This document shows, piece by piece, positions 1 through 13,508 of a DNA stretch of 64,000 nucleotides. The notes under the pieces were generated by a model. That model did no database searches. It worked only from the letters and a program-made list of their open reading frames with translations, and was not told the origin of the DNA. Location: NCBI GenBank assembly GCA_963924565.1, contig OZ004612.1, forward strand, positions 12,028,001 through 12,092,000. The letters run 5' to 3'. Position 1 is the first letter of the stretch. Each line of letters begins with the position of its first letter. The position numbers and the translations under genes are program-made. The stretch is from Ascidiella aspersa. Taxonomy: Eukaryota.

Positions 1-1239
1 TCTTAACTGCCGCACCCTAGATAATCTGACTTGACAGCGGCGACTGGTAAGGGGCAAAGCATGCGGACCACCGAAGCACCGCCAGGCTGCGCCTTGTTGT
101 CGACTGGCCTTGTATGTTTGCCCAAAGACAAGGCGAAGCGAACTCGTTCAGGGACCGTGGGTCAAAGGGGGTAAGGGCTTCACGGCTTGCCTAATTTAAG
201 CGCTGGGAAAACTAGCCTTGTGCTGATTTTCGGAGGAGTCATAAAACACGTCTGAAGTGGACTTGACAGGAGCACAGAATATCTCCGGCATGTTTACCTG
301 TCGTCGTTGACCCGTTCATTTTTACGCTAATCGCTTCGAAATCCACTTATTTATCGATTTTAAAAAGTGAGCATTTTTAGCCGATGTTTGCCATAGTGTT
401 TTCGTTTTTTCTTATCAAAGCAAAGCACCATTTTTTTAGCTGCGATGAAACACAATAAAAATTATACGATCAAAAGATTAATTTTTCTCTCATTTTTTGG
501 TCAAACATTAGAATCAACCTTGGTATTATTATTTTGATCAATTTTCAATTATCTCAACCATCCTGTTGTCATAGAGATATAGAGTGTGCTCTGAAAACCC
601 AAGACTAAATATAGATTGCAAGGTTCGTTTTGTGTATTTAAAGGCGCGAAAGTTTTCCTGGAGTAGACTGCAGACACGCCCCAGTAACTTAGCAGGCTAA
701 TGCATAATTAGCTAATTACATTACTTTCTAATTGGATTACGGGCGAACGGCGTTGCACGGTACACATTGAGCGCACTATATGCAAGAGTTTTTTTTATCT
801 AATTTGCAAATAAAATGACAAGCTAACAAATTTCCTTTATGGTAAACATCATTTTAAGGGTGATCATTCTAAAATATCTTAATTTGTCGCAGCTTAAAAT
901 TTTTCAGAAGTCAAGTAGCGAAGCATCAAAAACATATTAGAATAATCGAAGTTAGTTTAAGTAAATGTAGTAAAAGTCGGTAAGTTCACGTTCATTAATG
1001 GGCAGTTTGGACTTTAATGCTAATTTAAGGTCAAGTTTTTAGTATATAGTTATTTTCCAAACACAGCGTACAGCTTTTATAAAATAATACGGAAATCAAC
1101 TGTCAAAAAAACGCAGCAAACTAAATAAAGGTAGGCTAAGTAAATTAAGTTAATTAATTCGGTTTGAAACGTGCATCGCCTTCACAAATCTGTTGTGTGG
1201 AAAATAACAAAAGACGTGCAAACTTTTGTTCGTTTTGAA

Positions 1240-1675
1240 CAGTGCTCGTCAAACTGTGAGCTGTATGGCCTAAATGTGGGCCGTTGTGTCTCTTTTAGTG
1301 GGCCGCGGACTAATTTCTAATATTTGACCTTTATCATATGTATAGGTGTTGGCCACGTAATAACCGTACATTTTTCACACTGTATTTCAATAATGGTGTG
1401 GTTAAGAGTTTTTATACGCTCATTTTTGCAAACATTCGTTCAAAAGTACAATGCTTGCTATGGCATGATGCACCGTTTGACCTGTAAACGCTACAAATTT
1501 CAGCTCATTCTTAGCGGACAACAGGATTTTTAAGATTAATTGTTTTATGGCGTAATTTTGTGACGTCTTACGAATCATTGTCATGTTCTCATCGTACATT
1601 TTTGTGTGGGCCTTCAATAGCTCGTGAAAAATAATTTGGTATGGGCCGCACCAAATAAAGTTTGCCGACTATACG
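1240..1675. mobile_element. Degenerate hAT-type MITE
   Basis: CAGTGCTCGTCAAACTG...TGGGCCG left end, GGGCCGC...AAGTTTGCCGACTA right end; no clean TSD. Confidence 0.5.
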
Positions 1676-2181
1676 GGTTTCGATTATTTTCCAATTTCTT
1701 TGTTTCAGGTTTACCCGCCCAAATGCAATTCCATGACAAACGCACCCAGTTACCCAATCGTCCGATTGCACAGCATCCGGGATTATAACCCAGATTTTGG
1801 CTCTACGTCGTTGTCCACTAAACGCGAATTTTCACCCTCACAATGCCGTGTAATGCGCTTTATGCAAGCGATCAATCGGTGCCGGCCCTGAAAGGGGAAT
1901 TTATCTGAAAACGTATAAAAGTGAGGCACTGGCCATTGGCAAACATCAGTTTGTGCCAGTCGAATAATGGTAAGGAGGCTAATAGGTCGTTTATTTGATG
2001 AAGAGCTTTTAACTATTGAGGCACCTGTCGCTTTGAAATTGCTAGAGTAGTAGATGATTATGTATTTATTGTCGTGGTCGAAACAGAAATATCATACTAT
2101 TGCAGTTAAATTGTTATCCAATTAATTTCGTAGTTTATAGAATATAAATATGTTAAGTTGTGTTTTGATTGTCAGATAGGC

Positions 2182-2574
2182 CAGTGTTTCTTAAACAGGT
2201 GAATGATTCACCCCAGGGTAAATACAATTTTTGCAGGGGTAAACCAACCAAAAGGGATGAATAAGGGTGAACTAAACTGTTTTTTAGTTTTTTTTTTATA
2301 TATTGTATTAGTAAGTTGATTTGCACTGAGTGTATATGTACAAAAAATTGGTGACTGTGTTTTGTAGCTTTATATCTTCGGACTCGAGAATTGTAGATTT
2401 ACAATGGTAAAACTTAGCTTGAGTTGATCTTAACAAAAATCGAAACAACCTAAGTCATTTTGTGCTGTTATATATCGACAAGATAGTTTTATCGTATCAT
2501 GAGACTATAGGGTGAATGAAATCTGGAGATAGATGCTAGGGGTGACCAAAACTAAAAAAGTTTAAGAAGCACTT
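2182..2574. mobile_element. hAT (Buster/Charlie-type) MITE
   Basis: TIRs CAGTGTTTCTTAAAC / GTTTAAGAAGCACTT; perfect 8-bp TSD AGATAGGC (2174-2181, 2575-2582). A related fragment lies at ~33650-33720. Confidence 0.85.
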
Positions 2575-2800
2575 AGATAGGCTGTACAGTGGTGTCAGCA
2601 ATGTAGCCTGCGTTTAGCTTTCATGGGTAGCCCTTATTAAAGTTTAGCATTTTTGTTATCAACTTCTTGAAGTTAAAAAAAACGTGGTTCTTCTCTAACC
2701 GTAACTTTATGTCACTACGCTGCACGAATATTTGTCATACCAGACTTAAATGCAAGTGTGGGTTTCTATCGGCCTTAGTCAACTAGAATGTGACCTTGGC

Positions 2801-3051
2801 GTTCACCACGAATTTTCAACCCGAAAGGATTTTACCAACGAGTTAATCCTTTAGATAGGGTAATTATAGGTATTCGTTGTTATGCTTTTTCGGTGGCACT
2901 AAACCCAAAGCCACGTTTACTTTTATTTTTATTTAACAATTTACTGTTACCACGCATTTTCAACCTGGGAGGTGTTAAGCAAAGAATCAACAATTTTGAG
3001 AGTGTAAACTAGTTATTCGTTTTATGCTCTTCGTTGGCCTTGAACCACGTT
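2801..3051. repeat. Diverged ~145-bp tandem duplication
   Basis: Two units (2801, 2946) share ACCACG-ATTTTCAACC ... TATTCGTT-TATGCT-TTCG-TGGC ... CCACGTT. Confidence 0.65.
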
Positions 3052-6000
3052 CGATACAGGAGCAGCCAACGCGGCCAAACGATTAACGCGAACCGGATTT
3101 ATAAAGAAAACAAAGAGATATAAATTCGTGTGTAAGCCAAGTTTCTATACTAGACAAACCTTGGATTATTTTGGGATTTTTCTTGACGACTGGCGGAGAA
3201 GGGTTGTACATGAATCCTCGATATATATTTGTAAAAACGTTAGTAACATGAGGCAACATCTCGAAACGCTAAACGGCAATACTTTTACTGCTCAAAGTTA
3301 CCACAAAACGTAAGATAAAAAACAATATAAGGTAATAAATGAATGAAACTGAAACGTGAACAAATGATGTGACAAGGATATCTCCCAGAAAATATAAACA
3401 AACTTAGAACTATATACATTCTAGAAATTTAATTTGCCAGTCCTTGTCGCTTTCCTGACTCTATAAAAATAAATGCTGTTTGGCTTTAAAAGTAATGATG
3501 GTATTATGCAGCAAATATAAATACTTAAAAATGGCTTGGCTTTTGCCTATATAGTCGGTAAAAAAGACCCAGACGGGACTGTATTCATCGAACTGCTTTC
3601 CCCACATATCTAATCCACCTTCAAAGGCAAATTGCCGTCGAAATGAATCACAAATTGTTGGGTCTCTTACTTAGCTTTGATAGCCCGGTCCCAGCGAGCT
3701 GGTTGTTTACCCAGAAATTAAGGCGCAAAGCAAAAATCCGAAGCAAAAAACTCAATGCGGGATCAAGTGGCGCTTCCGTGTGGAACGATCAAGCGCCTTA
3801 AAGAGCTCGGCAGCCAAACGACGGTAACGTAAACAGGCCGTTTACCGTCCCTTTGATGGGACCATGCCTCTGTGGCTCTGCGCGGATTAAAGGAAAGGCG
3901 CCGGGCGATCTAATGTTGTTGCCTTTTTGTTCGTTGTTTTCAAATAGGGGTTAGTGCGGGTCGCATCGAAAGTAGAGAGTCCCTTAGTTGAGGAAGAACC
4001 TTTTGTGGCGCACTGTCAGAGTTGTGTTAGGCCTTTATTCCGTTATATTGACGCGGGTGATTATTTTGCAGCTTTTGCATTTAAGAGAACCTTCGTTTGT
4101 GATTGACGTCATTTGCTTTGAAGTGCAGCTTAAGGAAAATACGTGTTGCTGTACAGATAGCCAAACTGCAAATAGCAGGAGGAACACCTGGTGCGCTTTC
4201 ATTCGTCATCGTATAAAACTTTGTCGAAGTTGTCAGCTAGGATCTCGCATGTCAGTTATAGGCAGTTCATCCAACATGGTCGAGTTGCATTGATGGATGA
4301 GTATTAGGTGTGCGAAGTGGCGGTTGAGAAGCACACTTTGTTGGAAGACGAGCGGCGTTTTTTCGAGTGGAACAATTAGGCGCAGAGCTAAACATGTACA
4401 TCTTGTTAGCCTACCGGTTTCTGACGTTCGAAATCTAGTAATATTATGCTGCGTGGAGGCCACATGCGAAGCGTTTATTTACGCTGGCTTACAGAGCGAT
4501 TTGACCCGGGTCTGCTTATTTGCACATATAACTATCGGATTTGGCTCCTTGGTGTTCCCCGAAAGGGAGTGGCGGGAAAATTGACGCAGCGCACCCCTTC
4601 CCACTTCGAAACGAGCCTTCCACGGACGTAATAGGGTAGTATATCAACATTGTGTGCAGTTCGCAACGCTAAATGATTATACAGTTGTTAAGGTGGGGGT
4701 GGCAGTGTGTAGGGGGCTTTGCAATGATTAAAAGCGCACACCCTGGCCCGCGTCGATTCTTCTATCGGCGGGTGCAGGGGTGTGGTGGGTAATTGCAGTC
4801 GGCAACACGGTACAAACTGCTGCAGAAACAACGAGGTCTGACGCGTTTGCCTGGGAAAAGGTGAGGATAAGCTCCCGAAATCTAAAAATTACCAATCAAC
4901 GCGAGGGGGTCTCCTTTTTAGGAAAGAACGCGTTAACGACTGCTTTTGGCACTGGAGTGCGTCATCAACTGAAATTTTAATTGACGTTTGAAAAACAAAC
5001 TAATTTCTTTAGGGCTAACTTTAGACATTCCTGAAATACTATATTCGACAGTCAACCTGATTGTTGAGTTGTACATATATGCCTGCAAACAGCGCCTAGG
5101 ACCCAGTTAAAAAACAATTGTGTATTTAACAAAGGTAACAAGAGGGAATTGAAATTGTAGTGAGTTAAGTTTGGTGAAACAAAGGGGAGTAGAAGTGAAT
5201 GAGCATAGCTTTGTTGTGGTAATGTTTTATAACCTAATAATTTCTAATCGTATTTTAAGTAACCGTTTTTGCGCTTTTCGCATAAGCATTCAATCGCCGG
5301 CCTCGAGAAAAGTTGCTTACCTGTTGGCTTATCTTGCCACGTAAAACTCAAACTAACTGCTTCCTGTTTGCCTTTTTGCCGACGACCGTATTTGTTGACC
5401 CACAGTGTTCGGACTGTCGTCGGCACTGGTCACTGCAGTTCAATTCATTCCCCTTTGTCCACTGTGTGTCCAGCTGCGGGTGCATCCAGTTTTTAGTTTG
5501 TATTTCTGCTTGCCGGTAATGCATCGACCCGACGACATTTGGTTAGGTACGAGTTTACTCTGCCGTTCGCTACAGCAACGTTTTATTTATTTCCTTCGGT
5601 GTAAAAACACATTGTGCAAACATTTGAGATCCGCATCGGGCTATGAGATATTGCAGTACAAACGCTGTCGTCACAACAGCTATTTAGCGTTTGCGTTTTC
5701 CTATACTAGAGTCGTTATAATTTTTGTATATTTCTGTTTTAAATTGTCTTTGGATACACAATAGGTATATAAAACGTGTTTACCCTATTTTATACGACCT
5801 ACGTGCGATTCGCAGACAACAATGCGGAACAATTAGAATTGGTATGTCATGCAGTACAATAAAATATTTCACAAAGCGTGTTCTACGTAGATTATCGTCC
5901 AAACAACATAACTCGCGCACTTTGGCGGTCCAAAGCAGTGGCTTGCAGTAGTGCAAACACCCCTTATTACGTCAATAAACTCGCCCCCAAAGGCCGCATA

Positions 6001-6254
6001 GAAGCGGCAACAATTGGAAAACATGTATGTCGGCATCGTCTGGCACGTTGCGCCTATTGGCCACTATTTGTTAAGCTAATATTAATCTTGCTTTAAAGTG
6101 TGCCTGTGTTCAAGACAAATGCGAATCGACAATTACTTGATCTTTGATCCCGTAAGTTGGTCCATTGGAGAAAGTCATTTACACTGGGCTACATTCGTAA
6201 ACTGAGATTCCTTAATTTTCTCCTTAGTTCGGATGAACAAAGTGTACTATGGAC

Positions 6255-6556
6255 CAGTGGTTCCCAACCGAGGTGCCGCGTCGCCCTGATCTGCAATTTT
6301 TAATGCCTGGTATTTGAGAATTTTTAGGGATCTGATTTTTGCTCAATCGGAAAGCTTTTTGATACAACTATCTGTGTACGATAAGTGACGATTGTATTAA
6401 ATTACATTTTCCTACATATTTTAAGTTGATTGTGCTGTCCCAGTTCTATTTATTGGATATATCAGTAAATACTCAACGAAAATTCCAGTCGGCCGCAGAA
6501 TATATATTTATTATTTTTGCGGGATGACGTATGCTATAAAAGTGAGAGAATCACTG
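6255..6556. mobile_element. Degenerate hAT MITE, same family as 32704-32980
   Basis: CAGTGGTTCCCAACC ... GAGAATCACTG ends; shares the internal TCTGATTTTTGCTCAA. Confidence 0.65.
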
Positions 6557-9500
6557 CAAATGATTATTGAATAAAGCTAAGAAAGTATAAGGGTTGTTTG
6601 GCACCCTGTGATGTATATTGAGTTTTATTGTGTTTGTAATTTGCTTTAAATTCGTGACTTTTTAGCTTTTGCCGAGAACCAATTGACATAGGCTAAGAGC
6701 GCCGTTTAAGTGGCAATCGCGAGTGTTTAAAATACCTTTTCGTTGAGAGTTATATAAGCTCTACGAGCGCAAACGCAAAGTTCATCAGGTGGATTTTATA
6801 GATAGAATAAATATAATAGCCACAGCAAAAATTACAAGAAAAAATCGCCTTGTAAGTCACAGGCAACTTAGTGAAGAATAAATCTAAAACATAACTCAGG
6901 GAAAGCATGGAGTGGCAACCCTGTGATACAATAATGACCAACCCTTACAATACAGAACAATAATATACGGCTATTATGCGGTCAACCAATACATGGTAAA
7001 ACTGAAATATCATAAATAGCTTGCTGCACATTAACGATTGCTAAAACAGTTATCCGACCAATTGTTTAAAGATTCCCAAATAAGATTTCCCAACGAATGT
7101 ATCTACTGGAGGTGATGGTTGAGTGGAACTAATTTTGGTACCGTGTTTTAATTTTCATGTTCAAAATGCGCCGCAAGCTAAAAAGTTTGGTAACCATCTC
7201 TATAAATGTACGGCCGCAAGAATACCCGCTCTGAACTTAAGGGTAGAATAGGCGGCTACAGTGTTGTTATTTTGGGTGAAAATGGTCGATTCCTGCCAGG
7301 GAAATCCTGTCCATTTAGGGTACGCTGTTTACTGTAATAATTTTTCCTCGTTTTCGGTTAACCTAAGTTCATGGCAGGCTTCCAAAAATAATTAATTATC
7401 ATTGTAAAATAGAAACAAAATTGCTGTGCGTTACTATCCGGCCCATAACCAGTGCTCTATAATTTCGTTACTGTATGATGTATGAACGAGTGATATTAAA
7501 TTGTACATTGAATTTAGTTACTAATTCACTCAACGTGCGCCTCGTTACGAAACCCCAAAGTTGACTTTTACTTCAATGGCTTAAAATCTGTTTGGAATAT
7601 TTTTCAAAAAAAGTAAATATGTTTTTTATGGGTTGGAATTTTCCTAAAAAATGTGTGTTTACAAAAACATATAGTTTCAATTCTAATTCCGGATTTATAT
7701 TACGTTACTAGAAGCACAGACTTCGCATAAACTTACCACTCTTTTTATTCGAAATTGATTTATTCGATGCGTTACGTAAAGTGAAAACCCCAGGCAGGCA
7801 CAACCGCAAACAGAATGAGTCCTTCTCCTGTGCGGCGCCTCAGATGCCCCGTATATACCGCCTATAAATAGTCCTTCTCGTCAGCAGCATCCCGCCTTGC
7901 TATATCCCAGATCTCCGCAAAGGGCCGGCGACGGTCATCGATCATAGTCGTCCAAACCCACGGGCCCGGCCCCGGTTTTGTGCGCGCTGTGTATTTAGCA
8001 TTGTCGTGGATTAGGGGTCGTCCGCGCGCGATTTGCAAATGTTTCCGAGTCGACTTTGAGCGCTGCCCCGGGCGCGCGGCCACCTCGTTAGCACGTCCGA
8101 TCTCGGTCGCTCATCGTTTTCTGACACCCACCTCAATGCAGTTGCCCTGTCACCGGGCGTGACTCTTTCTCTCTCTTTCGCACGTGAAGACCGAGTCAGT
8201 CAACTTTGGCCGACCGCCGCCGCCGCCGGACTAGCGTGCGTGGGAGACCGACCGACCTTTGTCCTCTTCTTTTTTCTTCTTTTTTTAGGCCTAAAAACGG
8301 ATCTTTATGGTGGGCGGGATAACGCGCCGAACCTCGCCCGAAAAGCAAAACCGGTAAAACGTGAGGAAAATAAGATGGGAGAAAGGGCGCGTTCGCGGCA
8401 TCAGCGCCGTTTGCTTTACTTTCATATAATATTTTGTAACACTCACAGGCGGATTTTTGATACACAATTTTAATATCAAGGTAAATCTTGAAACAATTTG
8501 AAAAAGCAAACGCAAAAACTGCCGCATATATACAAGCCAATGAACTAAATTGCGAAATGTTACGCATATTTTGTTCACTGCACTTCAGTTTGAAAAGTCT
8601 TACGCTATCATATTAGGCCAACGTTTTAAAGTTATCAAACTTATTCTGCTTTAAGTTGCTTGATATACAACATAGATAAAAACAATTATTAAAAAAGAAT
8701 TACATCGCCTGTTTGACTTTTTTGACGCTCCTTGTAAACCTAAAATTTGCTTTTTCGTTGGCAAGAAAAATTAAAACATTTTAAAAACACATGTGTGACC
8801 CAGGATTTATCAATACAACATCAATTGGCAGAGGTTACAATGTACCCCAAAGTCGCTACTGTTTTATCAAGAAAATGTAATACAAATCAACTAAAAACTA
8901 AAGTTAGCACGAAGGATTTTGCATTTAACGCCCCCATACAATTTTAAACCCGCCCGAACTTTAATCGCCCAACAAGTATACTTGAGCGGCGATGAGATCT
9001 CACCCCAACCTGTTACGAGCTAAACTTGTCCGTTGGGAATACGCAGTTGTACTGATCGCATAACTCTGATGGAGTGCTGGTGTCTATAGCTTACAAACCC
9101 CTATTCTGTCGAACGTTGTTATGCAGTCGTACAAAGTTCGTGCGATTTTGCAACCTCTTTTCGCCTGAAATTGTTTGAAGAACAAAGGGGTCTACATGTG
9201 GGAGGAAGGTATGTTGTACGGCTTACGTAAATTGCCGCGACAAACCTGGTGGTAATTCTATAGTTATTATTAGATGTATATAATTCTCTTGAGAAGCGAA
9301 CCACCGAACAACCGTCAATCAGCAAGGTCTAAACTTTTAATATTAAAAAACAAAATTATAGCTTTTATCGTCGACATTATGTGTTCTGTTGGAGGGCAAG
9401 ATTTCTTGTGGAAACACAGACTAGGTATGTAACTCATTTCACTTTTTAATACTGAAATAGTTTATTAAACAACATGAAAATTCTTAGCGAAAGACATTCT

Positions 9501-12500
9501 TCTTTTCCTCTATCTTTGGAAATTTGCTTAATTTTCAAAATAGTTTCTCGACATTGTAAAATGTTGAAATAAAGATGTATGCAATGTTTATGAGGTCGAC
9601 TTTCAACTTCGCAGAGTCAGTGCGTGATATCGCTTAATGTAAAGTTTCAAACTTATTTTTAAAAGTGACAAAAGTGTATTTGTTGTTTTACGCGTTGTTC
9701 ATCAGTGCTAAAGTGAATGAGGTCCAGGATGTTGTCACTTCTATATTTGTAAACTTAACGCCATATTTGGTTTAAAATCATGGAAATAGACCCCTAACTT
9801 ACAATGCAAACCATTGTGAACATTATGTCAATTACTCTTAAGTGACGCTGTACGAAAAAGGCCCCCAGTCAATATTGTATTACGTTTTGACCTTTTCTAC
9901 TTTTTTCTCCAAAATACGGAAATATATTTCTCACGGCTTATGCCGCGTCAAGTGACGTCACAAAGCAGTGATCTTTTGTCGTGATGTTGCGCAATCGCGT
10001 CGGTAAACTCCAGAATGAAACGGCTGAATCAGAGCGTAGGAAAAAGGAGTTTGTGTCGTCCAACTGCGCTATATAAATGATTTTTTAACCCAAGGCTGGG
10101 CACATGTTGTCAACATATCGAAAACATGCGAGCGGCAAGGCTGTTTTAAAGTTGAGTCAGTTCTGTGCAACAGTACCGAGAGAAAGGGAAACGCGAAACA
10201 AAGTGGTGCTCCGTGTTCACTGCGAGGATGCGCAAAGTGCCGTATCACCACCAGAAATTTGCGCAATAAATTGGCTTCTCGCAAACTTGAAAAATTAGCT
10301 TTTTATTAGAAATTTTAAGATAAGTATATATACGTTGGAAAAGCCAAATACCAGTAAAGGCCCTGTGAATTTCATGTTTACAATATTTCGTATTTTTGAA
10401 CTATTTTATACTAATTTAAAAAAATATTTCTTTTAAACTATTTTTTACTAATTTTTGATTTAAAGTTTTATAACTCGTTCATGACACTGCTGATTTGTTT
10501 ATCCTCAAATATCTGTCGTCACATAAACAAAAAAACGCCTAGTTTGAAAACTTCACAGAAGAAACATTGGTATTGCTTTTGAACGAAACGATCCGAGTAA
10601 CTTAACGCGTCAACGCCACCATTTCGTCACTGGTTATGCAACATCGTTTCGAAACAGGATGCTCGGTTTGTGCGTGGACCAATGTCTCCGCCTCTCTCCT
10701 GCACGACGCATGACGTACGCATGCCAGTTAGCATTAAGACAATAATGGCGAGCGCGCTTAACATAGTGGGGCCTCGGGAGAAGTCGCACTCGGTTCCGAA
10801 CGGCCCTTGCTGCATCTAAATGTCGCTTCGCATCGAATCGTTGTCGCCAAATGCGGCAAGGTCGCGGTCGCTTGAAGCTCACGCCAGTTGGAACGCGGGC
10901 CTGAAAGACCGGGTACGGCTTGCTGTGAAGAACGCCGTCCCTGAATAGAATCTGATGTAAGGCTTGGCCTCCTGAAGTAGGCCGTGGGCCAAGGTGGACA
11001 TTAATGCGGCCGCGCGCGCTCTTCTCATAAGCAAAACAAAGCCTCCGGCGTTTTGGCTGACGGGGGCCCCGGGAGGTTTTATTGGGGGCCAGAACGTGCT
11101 GCCGCCTAGCCGTCGACTAATCCCTTCTATACTTGGCGCCCTCTGGCGCAATCCCACGGGGAGCTACCAAGTCGCTGGTTTGATGTGCTCGAGCGCGCGC
11201 CGAAAAGCAATCTAATTTCCTGTGCGCCCATCGCTAGATCGCAGCGAGATCGACAGGCCCATAAAGCCTCTATCAAGCTTCAGGGGTGCAATTGTGGGAG
11301 CTGGAGCGACGCTCAGGGTTCCACAAGCAGTCGCGGCAACGGCGACGGTGCCTGCCAGAGGTCACCGCGACACCGCAAAGCGCGAAGAAGAGTTGCTGCC
11401 TTATTTGGAAGGTGTTACACTGATTTTAGAGAGGACCAATCGAAGTTTCGTCCTCTTTTTGGCGTTTAGATCGTTTTCTGGTGACTAAAAGAAAAAAGAT
11501 CAGTGCGAGAACAGTCAGTTCAAGGGGTATGGTTTTCACATGTCATTTAGTAGAGAATCCAGTTAGGCCCCTTTGCAACAATGGATTTGATAGTCACGCT
11601 ATTCTTGATGAATTAGTGTTTTGTGAAGCGTGCAGGTGTGTTATTTATAATGGATAGAAACGTTTAATTAAAACGGAGGCTGTAGGTTAGGCGTTCATCA
11701 GGTCTCGTACAGCAAGCATGCCAAACCGTTGGTGAGACGTGAATTAATTGCGTCTCGTTCGTTGTTGTCTCGCGCTGTATATGTTTACTTGTGCTACGGG
11801 ACACAGGGGAATCACTGGCGCGCGCGACCCAACAGGCAGGCCACTGTTTTCGCGGCCGTTTAAACACTCTCAACTCTGCCAATGGGCAATTGTGTGCGCT
11901 GCAAGTCTATGTACTCAGCCCGGAACTGAAAAACAAACCGTAAAACACACCACCCGGGCCAACACGAGTAATGGATTCGGCCGAAAAACAACCAGCCGGT
12001 TTATAGCCCACTGCCGCTGCCGCTTCGACCAAGAGGTGAACGTTATCTTTCGCCGTCTGACGTAGGCGCGTGCTCTTTAAAACTGCGCCGATCGCCGTTT
12101 GAACGCCACATAAAAGCCGGATTCGCCGGCGTAAAGCCGCCTTGTGTAAAGCAACGGCATGGAGGCACGTCCACGTGTTTGTGCACCTAATGTATCTCGC
12201 GCTGCTGCAACCCACTCGAGCTTTATCGCGGCGTGGCATTGAAGCCGGCCTGAATGGAATGAATTGACTATAGGCGCTCCGGCTTCGCCACCGCCGGATG
12301 CCTTATCAAGCCCGGCACTCATCTATCAAGCTGTGTCCGTGTTTATGACGTCATTACGCGCGGTTATGGGCTGATCCGGTGACGTCATGCGGGCCTGAAA
12401 GCGGAAGGAGCTTTCTTTGCCTTCTGATCGGAAGGCGTCAAATATTAGCTTTGACTTTCCCGCCTTGTTCTGAACCCGCGCCCTTTTGCTGCCTATGTGT

Positions 12501-13195
12501 ATTCAAAAGCGCCCTTCGTCTATGCTCGCGCCCAGCTAACAAACCTTTGGGATTGCGGTTTTTATCTTGAACCTTGCGTAAATTCGGGGCGTTGCCGCAA
12601 TACGACAGGTGTGCGTATCCTGTACTGTAGACACACTGTTATTTTCGCGCCGTTTCGCCTATTAATTTCAATTGTAAAACGCCCTTGTTGATTAAACTTT
12701 ACGATTGCGTATAGCTCCAAACTTGCCATCGCTTTGGAGTTGCTGCTCTCGCGTCTGCGTGAGGAACGTTTCCAGGGAAGGCTGTGGCGTTTTTGTACCG
12801 AATCGAACCGTCAAAAGACAAGTATAATAAAACTCTAACGTTTTTACTTGGTTAAAAGGTTTTCCAGTATGGTTAAAAGTAGATTGTAGCGAAAACTTAC
12901 GAATGATCCACTGCCAATTGGTAAAAACATGCGCATTATACGTTCTACTTGTCTAGGCTATCATCGGTTTTGCTATTTCTCCTACGTGTTTAAATCGTAC
13001 GACAATGTCAGGGGTGGATTATTATCAATGTAAGCCGTGATCTTAAGCTGAACTTTAAAGAGAGTAGTATTTGGTCGAAATTTGACAGGGAAAAATCTTA
13101 CCTTCGATTAGCCGCTTAAAACTTCGTTTTTTGACAATTTTTGTTCACCGTAAGCATTCAGTTTTCAGCAGAATGAAGTTTCCGTTGATCTAAAT

Positions 13196-13508
13196 CGGTG
13201 TTTCTAAACCAATGGGTCGCGACTCGCGACCCAAAGTCGGGTCGCCGTTTACATTGTTTGGGTCGCTGACTGAAGTAGTTCACAGGGTTAGCCTTATTGG
13301 AATTGTTTCTAAGAAAGTTGCTCCAAAAGTTTAGAAAATTGATCATGCAATATAAACAAGTTCCTAATATTAATCAAATTCGAAATTATTTTTGCTAATT
13401 TCCTGTGTCTCGATCGCTTATTATCAAAAGTTTGGTGAAGAGAAGAGGCCTTCGCTATTAAAGTTATACGCTTCGTATTTGGGTTGCCGCGTAAAAAGTT
13501 AAACACCG
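13196..13508. mobile_element. hAT MITE
   Basis: CGGTGTTTCTAAAC...GGGTCGCGAC left end, AAAGTTAAACACCG right end; imperfect TSD ATCTAAAT/ATCTAATG. Confidence 0.65.
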
